Shown: positions 1-12,343 of the stretch, one piece after another
Layout of the letters: each line of letters begins with the position of its first letter
Position numbering within the stretch: position 1 is the first letter of the stretch
From: Lepidodermella squamata
Taxonomy: Eukaryota > Animalia > Gastrotricha
DNA: 64,000 nucleotides
Assembly (NCBI GenBank): GCA_047495785.1
Contig: JBLDXI010000007.1
Coordinates: forward strand, 4,591,881 to 4,655,880
Direction of reading: 5' to 3'
Translations under genes and position numbers: made by a program
Notes under the pieces: model-generated
The model's database searches: none
Seen by the model: the letters and a program-made list of their open reading frames with translations, nothing else
What the model was told of the DNA's origin: nothing

Positions 1-2216
1 CCGTCAATGACTATGTTTCGGTGAGACATGCAGCACAAATCATTATTATTCAGCGCTTATTGATTTTGCCATCATATTTACGCAGGCATCAATTGTTCGT
101 CTGCCGGGCTACGGCGCTTCGTCAGCTTCGAGCTGCTTCCGTAACATCAGCATGCCTGGGCTCGGCGCTATTTTGACCAGCGGAACGACACCTATTCACC
201 TTCATGGTAGCCCCTTGCTTTTACCAGAAATGTAATTGAGACCATTTCAAAATTGATTCATTACCTTTGAAGGAATGTATGGCTTTATGGGCGATGCGCT
301 GCTGCATAAATTCTACTTATGGACAAACACGGCACTAACCACAACTACAGGTTCAGCAACAACAACAACAACAACCCCTTCGACTTCAACAGCTTCGACT
401 TCTACTACCACGACAACGCCTACAACAACGACTGCATCAACTACCACATCGCCGTCTTCATCTTCAACAACCAGTTCGACCTCGACTGACAGTTCATCGG
501 CGACTACAGAAGTTACGTCAACACCTTCGTCGCCATCAACGACGTCGACAGCCACAAATGGCCCTGACTTATCTTCTCCGTCATCTTCCACATTGTCAGC
601 GACGTCTATGCCAACGACAACAACATCAGCTGGCACTCCGAGCTCGGCTGCGACCGATACTACATCGGATGTTGGTTCTTCAACATCGATTGGTTTGACC
701 TCGACCGATGAACCGTCTACAACCGGATCTGTTGCCGTTTCCTCGACCACTCCATATGACTCCACGACCCAGTCAACAATAATTGCAGCCACAGGTGAAT
801 CTTTTGATGGTAATAGGGTGAAGAATGAGAAATAATTACAGATTCAGCATCTACCCCTCAGACTTCGTCAGCCATGCGAAGCTTTGCGAACTCGACCAGC
901 GTGCTGCCAAGCTCAACCATTAGCGTTCTGCCGTCAACGCAGCTGCGAACTCTGCGCCAAACCCAACAGCAAACTAGCATCAACGAGGTCGACCCGATAA
1001 CAAAGTTTCCGATCCCCGTGCTCATCGATGGCAAACTGACTCCGTCTATCTCGTGGCAGGACCTCGCTGCGTGCCCATTCGTCACGCCCGCCGTTCGGGC
1101 ACCAGCGCCGGGCTCCCGCGTCTACGTCACCTTCGCCATCGAACGCCTCATTGGCGTAGAGGCGATGGCGCAGGAAATGTCGCTGTACGCCTCGCTCTAC
1201 ATTCAATGGCCGGTTTTCTACTGCGCCGAGGACTACACGGCTCCGCATGTCGACGACACGGAGCGCATAGTCACCGCGAAGGAGGACCAGGTGTGGCGAC
1301 CGACGCTGCTCTTCGCCAATTCAACCGACGATTTCTACATGACGACGGCTACCTACGGCGAGAAGCTACAGGTAAATATTTCCTCAGTGACACAACCTAT
1401 GGCAAGCCTTGACTGGTTACACAGATTGTTTACTACCCGACGAGGCCGAACCGCACGCTGTTTTTCCACTGGAACAAACTGGGCGCTTTCAACGCTCGAT
1501 GCCCGCTGAACCTTCGCACTTTCCCGTTCGACTCGCAAACTTGCGACTTCACGTTCGTACTCGACGAATCACCCGCCTACGTCACATTCGCAGGGGTCTT
1601 CTTGTCGGGCCAGAATGCCGTTTCGAATGACGTGTGGGCGTTCGCGAGATCGACGAGCAGCTACGGAACCGTGCAATCGGCGACGCGGCGCAACAGCTCG
1701 GCGTCTTATGCCCGCTTTACAATTGTATTCGCCCGCATTCCCACGCATTACCTGGTCAACTTGCTCGTGCCTTGCTACTTGCTGATCTCGCTCACGTTTG
1801 TCTCTTTCGCCATGCAGCCTCAAGTGCCGGACAGGTGAGCTCCTTGTTTTTAAAACCTAATTGTTATAGTTCAACATTGAGCTTTCAGACCAACCTTCAG
1901 CGGCACAGTGATGCTTGCTTTGATTGTCGCGCAATCGCAAGCCTTGGATAAGGTGCCCGAGTCGAGCCAGCAAATGCTATACGCCGACTACGTGCTGATG
2001 CTGACGGCCCTCACTGCGCTGGTCACCATCTACGAAATGGCCATGTGCGCCGTGACGATGGTGGACGAGGAAGCGTGGCAGGCGCGTGTCACAATTATGT
2101 TCGGTTGGCTCACGCATACGATGCCGGCTGCTCGGGCGGTCGACACTGCTGCGGGCCTGATAGCTCTCGATTTCTTTTTAATCATCAATCTTTATGCAGC
2201 ATCGATTGTACTTTGA
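1..2216 (+). CDS. Atypical Cys-loop ligand-gated ion channel subunit with mucin-like Ser/Thr stalk (paralog 1, 5'-truncated by the window edge)
   Basis: Spliced model with approximate exons 1-20, 86-207, 273-794, 842-1371, 1425-1834 and 1890-2216 (GT-AG). It shows loop A VWRPTLLFAN, Cys-loop CPLNLRTFPFDSQTC (C-x13-C), M1 YLVNLLVPCYLL, M2 PDRPTFSGTVMLAL (T6', L9'), an M2-M3 VP, M3 and M4. A Thr/Ser-rich tract spans about 325-960. Confidence 0.9.
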
Positions 2217-3422
2217 CACGCTGAGATTTTCTTTTTATTGTTGATGCTTTCAGGACATTTATAACACATTTGATTGATATCTACCTATTGACGATTCTCA
2301 TGACACGGTGATGTAAATAACGCCTAAATAATTATTACTACTTTCGTGGATGTACCTTTTCACAGCTGTCCGTTAATTTTCAGTCGAAAACGCATAGCAA
2401 TTTAGGTGAATTTGGGACGAGTGGGAATAAAAAAAAAGAATAGCCGGTGATCAAGTTTTAACCCAAAACAGCAATTGTGTGGACGAACCAATTTAAAAGT
2501 CTGAAGTTATGAGTTTCTCACTCTTCAGTGGTGATTGGTTAAGTATTTTGATTTGGCTAAATTGAATGGCAGGGCACCATCAAGACTCAAGACTTGCCAG
2601 TCAACTTTTTGCTTATTTCTACGTTTCCTTCTGCTTCATCATTTTTCAGACCAAAATCATTTCCGACGCCTGAGGACAGTTTGTACTCTCGATTTTCTCC
2701 ATCATTGAGTTGACAAAAATCGCACTCGACCTCTGCGTAACTTAAACAGATGGGCATTGACGTGGCGGGTTGTCGATTGAAATGCAGATTCCACTCAGCA
2801 AAATAATGAATACTTAATGTTGTCGGAGAATAAAGTCGAGGAAAACTGGGTGAAAAGTAGAGTTTAATAAAATTTCGCGAAAACGTTTAAAAATGCATGC
2901 AGCCGTCATCGTTGATCTGTTATTAATATAGCACATTTTGATCACCGCGGAGTCGCACCATTCTTGCAATTAGAACAGTTCCGTTTTGCGCAGTGTAGTA
3001 AGTAAGGCGGCCTTATTTACGACATGAAATCTGTCTGTGAATATTTCAATTATGGCAGCTTGAAATCGCAGGAAACTACATTTCTTTAGTTCATGAGAGG
3101 TAACCATACTAACTCGCTAGTACGTCGCGCTTAATACCTAGAAAGTAAATTAGGGTTTGGAAAATGTTCAAAAAGGGCCTTTTACTAAAATGTCGCTGTA
3201 TTTTATTTCTATTGTATTTTTATTTTTATTCGATTGCCGAGAGGAGGCGTCGAGTCGTATCGCTTGTCCATTAGGCGCGTTTCAGCATACAGCAGCCGAA
3301 AACACCTCTAACCTCTAAATAATTCACTTGGTTTCACTATGTTGCTAGCAATGAAATACAACTGTGGCGCTGTACAAACGGAGAACAAGGAGAACAGCGA
3401 GGAGAGGCCAGCAATGTCGAAA

Positions 3423-6377
3423 ATGAAGCTGCAATGGGAGGTAACAGTCCTCATGTTAAACTGCTTTGTTGGAACAGGTGACTTTGCAGCATCGTTGAAC
3501 ATCGTTCAATACCTTACGTTTCTTTTTGCCGCATAGGCGCAGCTTCCATTATTCCTGAACCTGATACGGCCTCACTGGCCCTGCCGTACCCGTTCGGAAC
3601 AGCCTACCAGGCTCACATGTCGTTCGACTATACGAACGCTAGCGTTGCGGCGAATTCGTCATACCTGATGTTTCAGACAACATCAATTGTTAACAGTGGT
3701 ATTCAACTCGGCAACGCGTCGATCAACGACTACAGCCGAATCTCCAGTGACAAGGTATAATTACGTTGTAAGTGAGCGTGAGGACTGATCTGTTGTTACG
3801 AATATCCAACTTAGTATCTGACGCCTGCGATATCTTCGCACTGGCGCATCGAAATCGACATGACAGTAACGCTGCTCGCCAGTAACGCCTCTTTCTGGTA
3901 CGGATTTGTTGTTAGCCTGCCTTCACCTAATTACAGTAAGTCATCCTGCAACTTCTGTCAAATTCAAACAATGCGCATGTCACTTTCTGACAAGTCGCCA
4001 GCTCCACCGTTGTAGACTCTATCGTGAACCTACGAGGCGTGACTGTGTGGCAGGAAATGGGCACAGGTGGCCGTTTATACCTGCAGTACGAGCCCGTGGA
4101 GATCATGACGGCATGCGTGGCTCCCTGCGTGCCAGACGCGACTTCTACGCCGGTTTGCGGCAACAGCGTCCTGCTTGCAGCAACTGGCCAGACACGGATG
4201 CGATACATCGCTCAGATGTACAACGACCTACTCACAGTGAGTCGAAATGACGCGAACAAAAAAGAGGTGAATCCATAATGTTTTGTTCAGGTTGCGATTA
4301 CACCACTCCCGATAACGGGCGGATCGTCAATCTGCTTCTCTGACTTTGCTGTACCCTCACTGGGCGCCATGTCATCGAATGGCACGACGAAGCTGCGCAT
4401 GATGGTGATGCTGCCGTTTAACAAGGGCCAGTTGGTTGTCCACAAGATGTACGCATGGGGGCTGTATCAAAATGACACGACGTCGACCACAACTCAGTCT
4501 ACATCGACCAGTTCTCCAACTGCTACAACATCGACGTCAACGTCAACCTCTTCCTCAACTACCACACCAACAACCACTTCGACAGCAACAACTACGACAA
4601 CCGCAACTTCGACTACTACAACAACTACTACCACTACTACTAGTACGACAGCATCAACGACCTCGTCAAGCCCTTCAACAACGTCAACCAGTTCGACTGC
4701 TGCTACCACCACCCCCAATCCTACCAGTAGTAGTACAAGTAGCAGCACTAGTAGTGGATCATCTACTCCTACGACGATAAGCATCAGCGCCGCGGCGAGC
4801 ACTAGCAGCAGCAGCAGCAGAACTCCCTCTACCACAGCAAACACACCGACTACAACCTTAGCATCAAGTTCTGGGTCGACTGTTACACCTGTATCATCTG
4901 CGAGGAGTTCAACGGCCACAAGCAGCTCATTTGCAAGCAGCTCAACTGTCTCAACTTCGGGTACTTCGGTATCAAACCAGCCAACAACATCACCTTATGT
5001 TGAAACTACAACATTTCTCCCATCCTCAACTATGCAGAGCTCGGCTGTATCATCGGCAACCCAATCAACTCTTCCGACTAGCATGCTAACGAGCCAAGTA
5101 ACACTTTCAGTGAAAAATGGCTTGACTGCAGCGACTTCAGTATCGATCAGTTCAGCGTGGTCAACTACGCCACAGAAACTGTCAACGACTCTTTCACCGT
5201 TGCTTGACGTTGAGACGGATTCGCAAAGTGGTTTCCCTATTCCGAATCTCATAGATGGCAATGTCATCCCTATTATCCGCGTTAAAGACCTGCAAATGTG
5301 TCCATTTATTGACCCGAAAATCAGGTAAGCGGCGACACAAAAATCGATAGCCTTCATTGCGTGCTTTACTTTTCATCTTAAAGGTCTCCAGAGTTCGACT
5401 CGGTGATATTTCTGACGCTGACTGTGGACAGACTCAACTTCATCAACACAATGACGCGACAAATCTCGTTGCTAGGCACGCTGAAAGCTCAGTGGCGTGT
5501 TGGAACGTGCCCAAGTGACAACACAGGCTCGTCTGCGGAGGACCGCGAGCGAATCTACATCGCGAAACGCTCCGACGTGTGGACACCTGCGATTCGCTTC
5601 GCCAATGCCACTTCGGACCTGTTCATGGCCGGCACCGGGTATACGGATGACATCGAAGTTGTGTACTACCCAACTCAGCCGAACAGAACTCTGTTCTTCC
5701 ACTGGTCGCGCTTCGGCTCTTTCTCGTCGAAGTGCAACTTGAATTTGCGGCGGTTCCCTTTCGACAACCAGCTGTGCGAATTCACGTTCCTCATCGACGA
5801 AAGTCCCGAATATGTGCGATTTGGCGGCATGTTCCTCGACGGCCAGAATGCCACGTCATCGAATGTGTGGGTGCTCAAGTGGTCGAACTGGAGTTACGGC
5901 GCGATACAATCACCGAAAAGGCGCTACGGATTGGCGACATTCGCGAAATTCCAGCTCGGCTACGTGCGAGATCCCATGTTCTACGTTGTCAGCCAACTTG
6001 CCCCGAGTTACATTCTGCTAGCGCTGGTTTTCGCGTCCTTCATCATCGAGCCTCGAGTCGTCGATCGATCGCTGTTTTGTGGCACTTTGATCTTGGCGAT
6101 GATTGTAGCCGAGTCTGCGGCTATTCAGGCGGTGCCGGAGACTTCGCAGCGCATTCTCTACGTTGAATACATCCTGATGCTGACCGGGCTATCCGCAGGC
6201 GTGGCCATGTACCACATGGTTGCGTTCGTGATTTCTCGCAGATACCCGAAGCTGAAGCGGATGAAAATTACCGAGCATGCCATCTCGGTTATTCGATGCC
6301 TGGATGTAGCCGTTTTTCTCGTCGCTTTCATGGCATTTCTTGGTATCAACGTTTACGCAATTGGAGTTGCTTTCTAG
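3423..6377 (+). CDS. Atypical Cys-loop ligand-gated ion channel subunit with N-terminal extra domain and mucin-like stalk (paralog 2, about 880 aa)
   Basis: Exons 3423-3477, 3537-3754, 3815-3935, 4016-4236, 4291-5324 and 5384-6377 join in frame (2643 nt). Signal-like start MKLQWEVTVLMLNCFVGTG; Ser/Thr tract about 4475-5200; VWTPAIRFAN; Cys-loop CNLNLRRFPFDNQLC; four TM helices. Confidence 0.9.
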
Positions 6378-7619
6378 AGCAATCGCCACTTTGATTGATA
6401 TCAACTGCAAATGCTGTATTTATAAAATAGAGGAAATAAAAGCAACCATTCGCTGTTCTAATTTTGTAGTTATTCAGTGCAAAATTAGAACGAAGTATAC
6501 TCAATTATCAGCGGTACCTATGAATGACCGAAAACCAAATCATTCACGCAGAATAACCAAAGAGTATTGTCACCATTCCGTAAAGCGTTAAGAAGGGAAA
6601 AAGCAGCAGTAGCGAAATTATACGACGGCATATCGTTAGCGACGCGCCAAAACAACCAGTTTGATGATTCATTCGATCGTTGTTCAAGGAGCCTAGCGTA
6701 ATGATGAAGTACGTTCGGCTGTTTTGAGCACTGATAGTACTGGTCGTAATATGCATTTACGTTCAATGGCCGAACGTACTTTCCAGGAAAAATCTATAAA
6801 TAGATCTATATAAATAGTAAAGTCGTTGTTCTGGCGCGTCGCTAACGATATCTTACGGCTTACGGGTATTGCTTGGGATATATCTGCAAGAACCCTTGCC
6901 ATATAGAATAGCGTGAATGCGGCGTATCTGCAGTTGAAGTTCGACAATTGCTCGATTTCGCTATCGGTCATAAGTAGCTGGTTGTTTCTTTCGATTGAAC
7001 TACGGCGAATGCCTAAAGCGGCATCGTGCTCAATCAGTTGACTTTAGCGCCTGATCAGCCAGGTTAAGCTTTTACAATGAGAATAAGACGTTTCGAAATG
7101 AGCTTGTTTGTGATTTTGGCTCGAAATTGGCTGGTTATAAGGTCACGCGTGATATAATGCGAAACTTGATAGATGTTTTTCAAGCGAGTTCGTTTGAATA
7201 GAAAACAAAGAACACCAGGTTTAGCGAGATAGTAGGCATGCGAAGCTGGAGAACCCTTGCAATCCAGGCCAGCGCTTTCCATTATCAATTTGTTCTCTCA
7301 CCTGTTCCACTCGCCCCCGCCGACGTCGCAAGCTGAAATTGCATGATCACCCGCTCAACAGACATGCTTTTACATATATATGATGCAAAGAATGGCGTCG
7401 GGGTTGGTGGTGAAGTGCAACTTTCATTAGCAGTGCGCGATCAAGAGCCTCCTCTATATCCATAAGACCATCGAGACTAAAAAATGTAGCAACGATTTTC
7501 CGTATCTCGTATCTCATGAGCAATACTCTATCTATAACTATATACCTACTAGGTTCTGATGTCCACTTGAAGGGTTCAAAATTTATTTTATTAGTAACTT
7601 TAACGCTATTTAATAGGAC

Positions 7620-8687
7620 CTAATTCAAGCAAAACGGAGCTTTGTCACTAGTGGCCACGTAGAAAACCCCCTGGTTGTCCGATTCAACGGACCTGTAGCC
7701 GAGCAGTTGGCCGTCTTTTGCCGTGTCGCATTGCCGGCAATGGCCCTTGTTGAAATGCTCCTGAGACGGACAGCGACACGCCTTGAAGTTGCAATCCGGT
7801 CTTTTGACTATCGTTTCCGCAAACAGAAACGCGCCTCTGTAGTGCGAACAGCCAAGAAACGTGAACACGTCGTCGAGACCAGCGTAAGGCACAGCTGGTG
7901 CCACCTGCTCAATGAGCGCCTCCTGGTCGGCATTGCGCTTTTTGCGCTTCGTCACACAGCCAGGCTGCACGAATGCGTTGTTGACGTAGAAGTCCTTGTG
8001 GCCGAAAGCTTGCCGCACGCTGACCCACGACGCGTGAAGCACGTCCACCATCAGCCCGTCCGACTTGTCCACCCTCGCGACGGGGTCGTCCTTGAAAAAC
8101 GCAGGCCCGGCTGGGTCAATGGCAGACAGCCGACCCCACGGTGTTCCGAGGCGCTTCGCAATCATGCCGCAGATGTGGGCTCCCAGCGAGAAGCCGACGC
8201 AGTGAACTTTGCTCGAGTCGAATTTCGGGCTCGTCTTCAGCCAATTGGCGACCATGGCACCGACGACGCGGACATTACTTGCCGGCTGGTGGTATAGGTT
8301 GAGGCCTTTGCCGAGCTCCGCGCCGGCTCCCCAGTCCAAGAACAGTACTTCTTGGTCTGGATTCGCAATCAGCAGGTTCGTCTTGATTTTGTTGCCCCAC
8401 ATCGACTCGCCAGCGGCTGTGTTGTTGTAGTTGCCCGTGAAGCCGTGTGACATGACGAACAGTTTGTCCAGCTTCAGCTCGTCCGGGCTCTGAATCTGGT
8501 CGTAGCCGCCCTCCTTCTTCAGGCGCAGGTACTGGATTGGGATGGTCTTGGGATCTGCCGGGAAAGGCATGTCGTCGAAGGGCGGGTCTTTCGTGAAACA
8601 GCCGACGTCATCGTAGCAGACCTGGCTCGACTCGGCACACGCCTCAGCTGCCAACAGCACTATTAGGCAATACTTGAAATAGCCCAT
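7620..8687 (-). CDS. Secreted pancreatic-lipase/phospholipase A1-family alpha/beta hydrolase 1 (catalytic domain only)
   Basis: Signal peptide, VCYDDVGCF, SHGF oxyanion motif, GFSLG nucleophile, DPAGP acid, GHKDFY, CSH catalytic His. Intronless; stops before any PLAT domain. Confidence 0.95.
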   Translation of the reverse strand: MGYFKYCLIVLLAAEACAESSQVCYDDVGCFTKDPPFDDMPFPADPKTIPIQYLRLKKEGGYDQIQSPDELKLDKLFVMSHGFTGNYNNTAAGESMWGNKIKTNLLIANPDQEVLFLDWGAGAELGKGLNLYHQPASNVRVVGAMVANWLKTSPKFDSSKVHCVGFSLGAHICGMIAKRLGTPWGRLSAIDPAGPAFFKDDPVARVDKSDGLMVDVLHASWVSVRQAFGHKDFYVNNAFVQPGCVTKRKKRNADQEALIEQVAPAVPYAGLDDVFTFLGCSHYRGAFLFAETIVKRPDCNFKACRCPSQEHFNKGHCRQCDTAKDGQLLGYRSVESDNQGVFYVATSDKAPFCLN

Positions 8688-9171
8688 TCCAAGAAATTAT
8701 CATCCAAAAAATGTCTCGATTGTTTTTAGAAGTTTACGTATAAACCCAGGTATTCTGTGTTTCCGCTCAGTCGAAGTGGGTCGAATATGCTAAAGTGTCG
8801 CTGTTAATTAGGCGACTCATCATCATGGCACGCCCGTCGGCGGCGGCAGCAGATTGCCCTCAGATAAGAATAACGCTCTGTTTTTTGTCGCGCCTTGGCA
8901 TGCGAGTGCGGACAGTAGCAGCTTATCTCGCTACCGGCTGCCTCCAAGAATCGAAACAAATTTGCTAAATAACGGACGCGGTACCGTCAAAGTGCCGATA
9001 AGAACGGCAGACAACGACGGGATAACTGGAGCAGCGGTGGGTTGTGAGAGCAAAGTGCGGGCGTGAGAATCGCCGCCAAAGCCACAGCTGATATCTTGTT
9101 TGAAAAAATCCACCTTAATGACTATTAACTTGAATTGCCTAAACTTTCAATGGGAAAATGGCTAAAAGAAG

Positions 9172-9918
9172 ATGTCAGGCAGTGATGGCAGTGGTCCAGC
9201 GAGTTATTACGACGCGATAACAACGGTAGACCGCGAAAGCGACGAGTATTTCTGGAACGGAACAGAAAAGCTAAGCGTGGACGATGTTGTCGTTGACAAT
9301 GGGCGCGGCTTTTTCTTCTTCATCGGCATTTTGGCAGTTTTCCAACTAGGCCTGCTCGCCACAGGACTGTACGCGGCTATCAACCGGCAATTCGCGCCTG
9401 GCAATCGCTTGTTTTTCATCATCACTTTCGCTGTTGGCCTCGGAATTGCGGCGATAGTCGTCATCATTTGCTTCATACCAGGTGCTTTTTATTGAGATGA
9501 GCAGTTTTAGTAACTGATTTACCTGAATGTTTTCAGATGTTGCCGCCATCCCTCGCATCATTGTGACGTTTTTGGGATCTTTGATCAAGCTGAGTCTGGC
9601 AATTGCGTCACTAGTCATCGGCGGATGTGGTTGCTGCTTCAAAAACCAACAGAGACAGCAGACGAAGCCGCCTGACAATACGGAAGCTGCAGTTGCGGCC
9701 AAACCACCTTGCTGTTCACTAGAGAGCTTCGGCATAGCTAACATCGTAGCAACCATAGGTACTTACAGCTGATTTGAAATCGCGAATCAATAAGCCTACT
9801 AATTGTCTTTCTTGAATTTTCAGTCTGCGTAATGGATGGTCTGCTGATGGCGTTCATTGCGACGTTCGCACTCGTCTTCCTGATTGCTGCGGCTACGGCA
9901 GCTAGGTCACCGACGTGA
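9172..9918 (+). CDS. Unknown 4-TM membrane protein (paralog A)
   Basis: Exons 9172-9481, 9537-9758 and 9824-9918 join in frame. Four hydrophobic segments; motifs RQFAPGNRLFFI, GGCGCC and PPCCSLxxFGIANI are shared with 10283-11107. Confidence 0.8.
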
Positions 9919-10282
9919 ATGCTCACTTAGCTCACTGAGATAATTCAAAAATTAGTACTGCAGTTGGTGATTGCCAAGAGCCGCCACTTTAGTTATCAAA
10001 GAACACATTTTGCTAATTGCTATTTGCTGTTAATTAAAAAGTTGAAAACCAACTTCCATAACTGCCGCATTTTCTAATTAAGAACATCTTGCTTCGGATG
10101 CATCCTAACTTGAACCCAAAAGATATCTTAGATCCCTTATCAGCTTGGCAGGGAAGATACCGCTTGACCCTCTAAAATCAACTATTTATACAATTGCTTT
10201 AGCTTTCAGATAAAAAATCCTCCTTAAATCTGTTAATGCTGATATTGATAAGCTTGCGAGCATCCGAGTCGTCGGCATTACG

Positions 10283-11107
10283 ATGGCATTCGATGCTGAT
10301 GACAAAGAGTCGTTGCGCTTCGAATACTACGACTCATCCTCACATGGAGCCACTGCGAACAATGAAGCTGCTTCTGCTGCTGGTCGTAGCCACCTAGGCT
10401 CCGATTCTAATGAAACTCTTGTCCTAGAACAACACCAACAGCTGGCTGATGATACGATTGCGTTCATGCGTGGCCTCAACGACGAGGAGAAGAAGTTTTT
10501 CATCGTGCTCGGAGTCATCGCCCTCGTTGAACTCGCCCTGCTCATCACAGGCCTAGTCGCTGCGATCAAACGCCAGTTCGCACCTGGTAATCGGCTGTTT
10601 TTCATCACCAGTTTTTGTATACAGATCGGCGTTGTGCTAACAGCGACAATCATTTGCTGCGTGCCTGGTAAGCTAATTAACCATTTTCAGCATCATCAAC
10701 TCGCGTCGTTTCTCCATCCCTTTTGTGTTACAGCAGTGTCAATTCTCTCGCGAGCCATTGTCACATTCATCGCCGCACTCGTTAAATTCGGCCTCTCGCT
10801 GGCGTCTCTCGTTGTCGGCGGCTGCGAGTGCTGCGTGCGTGTCATCCACGTGCCACGAGCTAGCAGTCAGCCGGCGGCGAAAAAAGGCCAACCACCACCT
10901 GCGATGTTCGAGCAGCCGCCCTGCTGTTCGCTGCAACGATTCGGCATCGCCAACATTATGGCAGCCATCGGTAACAACTCATGTTATTGTTTCCATTTTG
11001 CTTATCTATTATTTCTCATAGTTTGTGTCTGGAACGGGCTGCTGATAATTTTCCTCGGCTTCCTGCTCATCGTCAACTTGATATTCGCTGTCAACACAGA
11101 AAGCTGA
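10283..11107 (+). CDS. Unknown 4-TM membrane protein (paralog B)
   Basis: Same motifs and intron positions as paralog A (introns about 10668-10735 and 10971-11020, read through in frame by the ORF track). Confidence 0.8.
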   Translation: MAFDADDKESLRFEYYDSSSHGATANNEAASAAGRSHLGSDSNETLVLEQHQQLADDTIAFMRGLNDEEKKFFIVLGVIALVELALLITGLVAAIKRQFAPGNRLFFITSFCIQIGVVLTATIICCVPGKLINHFQHHQLASFLHPFCVTAVSILSRAIVTFIAALVKFGLSLASLVVGGCECCVRVIHVPRASSQPAAKKGQPPPAMFEQPPCCSLQRFGIANIMAAIGNNSCYCFHFAYLLFLIVCVWNGLLIIFLGFLLIVNLIFAVNTES

Positions 11108-11260
11108 TGATATTTTATTACTAAAAAGATCGATCGATGATAAAAAACTTCAAACTCGTTGCTTTTAATAGAAATCACCAATTATATTATATTTATTGAC
11201 ATCTCAGAGTAATCAAATTGTCTGCTAATTACAAGAGTGGGTAACTGTGACAGTTAGGTT

Positions 11261-12343
11261 TCACTTAAGGCAGTAAGGCTCCTTGTCTCCCGTGGCGACG
11301 TAGAAAATGCCCTGATTGTCCGACTCGCCCGATCTGAAGCCGAGCAGCTGCCCGTCCTTGGCGACGTCGCACTGGCGGCAGTAGCCCTTGTTGAAGTGCT
11401 CCTGCGACTTGCAGCGGCAGGCGGCGAACGTGCAGTTCTGGCGAGTGAGGATCGTCTCTGCGAATAGCAGCCCGCCGCGGTAGTGCGAGCAGCCGAAAAA
11501 GTCGATGATGTCACCGATGCCTTCGTAATCGATCGTCTCAGGGTTCTCCATCGATCGCCGCACAAACTCTTCCTGTTCGGCTTCGGCCCAGCGCTTTTTA
11601 CGCCTCGAAATACAGCCGGGTTGCACGTTCGCGTTGTTGACGTAGAAGTCCTTGTGGCCGAGGGCTCGCTTCAGCCCAACCCACGAGTTGTGCACAACGT
11701 CGACGACGAGCCCGTCGCTCTTGTCGATCCTCGCCACAGGGTCGTCCTTCATGAAGGCCGGACCAGCCGGGTCGACGGCGGAAATTCGCCCGAGGGGCGT
11801 CTCGAGGCGCTTCGCAATCATGCCGCACACGTGGGCGCCCAGCGAGAAGCCGATGCAGTGAACTTTCGTGGCGTCGAATTTCTTACTCGTCTTCAGCCAG
11901 TTGGCGACCATTTTGCCGACGATGCGCACGTTGCTGGCGGGTTGGTGGTAGAAGTTGAGGCCCTTGCCGAAGTCAGAGCCCTTGCCCCAGTCGATGAACA
12001 GCACGTCGTAGTCGGGCTTCTCTTTTAGGAGGTTCGTCTTGATCTTGTAGCCCCACTTGGCCGGCGAGCCCATCGTGTTGTCGTACGTGCCGTGGAAGCC
12101 ATGCGACATCACGAACAGCTTTTCGAGGTTCAGCTCATCCGGGCTTTTCACCTCGTCGTAGCCGTCTCCTTTAATGCGCAGGTACTTGATGGGGATGTCG
12201 GCGGGATCGGCTGGCAGCGGGAAGTTGTCCCATGGTGGGTCGTCGGAGAAGCAGCCGATGTCATTGTCGTAGCACACCTGGCTAGCCTCGAGGCTAGCAG
12301 CCAGCGCAGCCAACACAACAGCTAGAAGCTGTAAGGTTTTCAT
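11261..12343 (-). CDS. Secreted pancreatic-lipase-family hydrolase 2
   Basis: Likely start MKTLQLLAVVLAALAASLEA (signal peptide) at 12343 rather than the longer ORF start. GFSLG, DPAGP and CSH are present; close paralog of 7620-8687. Confidence 0.95.
   Translation of the reverse strand: MKTLQLLAVVLAALAASLEASQVCYDNDIGCFSDDPPWDNFPLPADPADIPIKYLRIKGDGYDEVKSPDELNLEKLFVMSHGFHGTYDNTMGSPAKWGYKIKTNLLKEKPDYDVLFIDWGKGSDFGKGLNFYHQPASNVRIVGKMVANWLKTSKKFDATKVHCIGFSLGAHVCGMIAKRLETPLGRISAVDPAGPAFMKDDPVARIDKSDGLVVDVVHNSWVGLKRALGHKDFYVNNANVQPGCISRRKKRWAEAEQEEFVRRSMENPETIDYEGIGDIIDFFGCSHYRGGLLFAETILTRQNCTFAACRCKSQEHFNKGYCRQCDVAKDGQLLGFRSGESDNQGIFYVATGDKEPYCLK

Noticed and set aside
313-4919. Val-rich minus-strand ORFs resembling membrane proteins
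   Set aside because: Antisense reading of the Thr/Ser (ACN/TCN) mucin tracts.
6518-7364. Possible heme-thiolate peroxidase relic (LIEHDAAL resembles EHDASL)
   Set aside because: No PCP heme-ligand motif, a stop lies just upstream, and the frames are broken. It may be some decayed gene, but the identity is unsupported.
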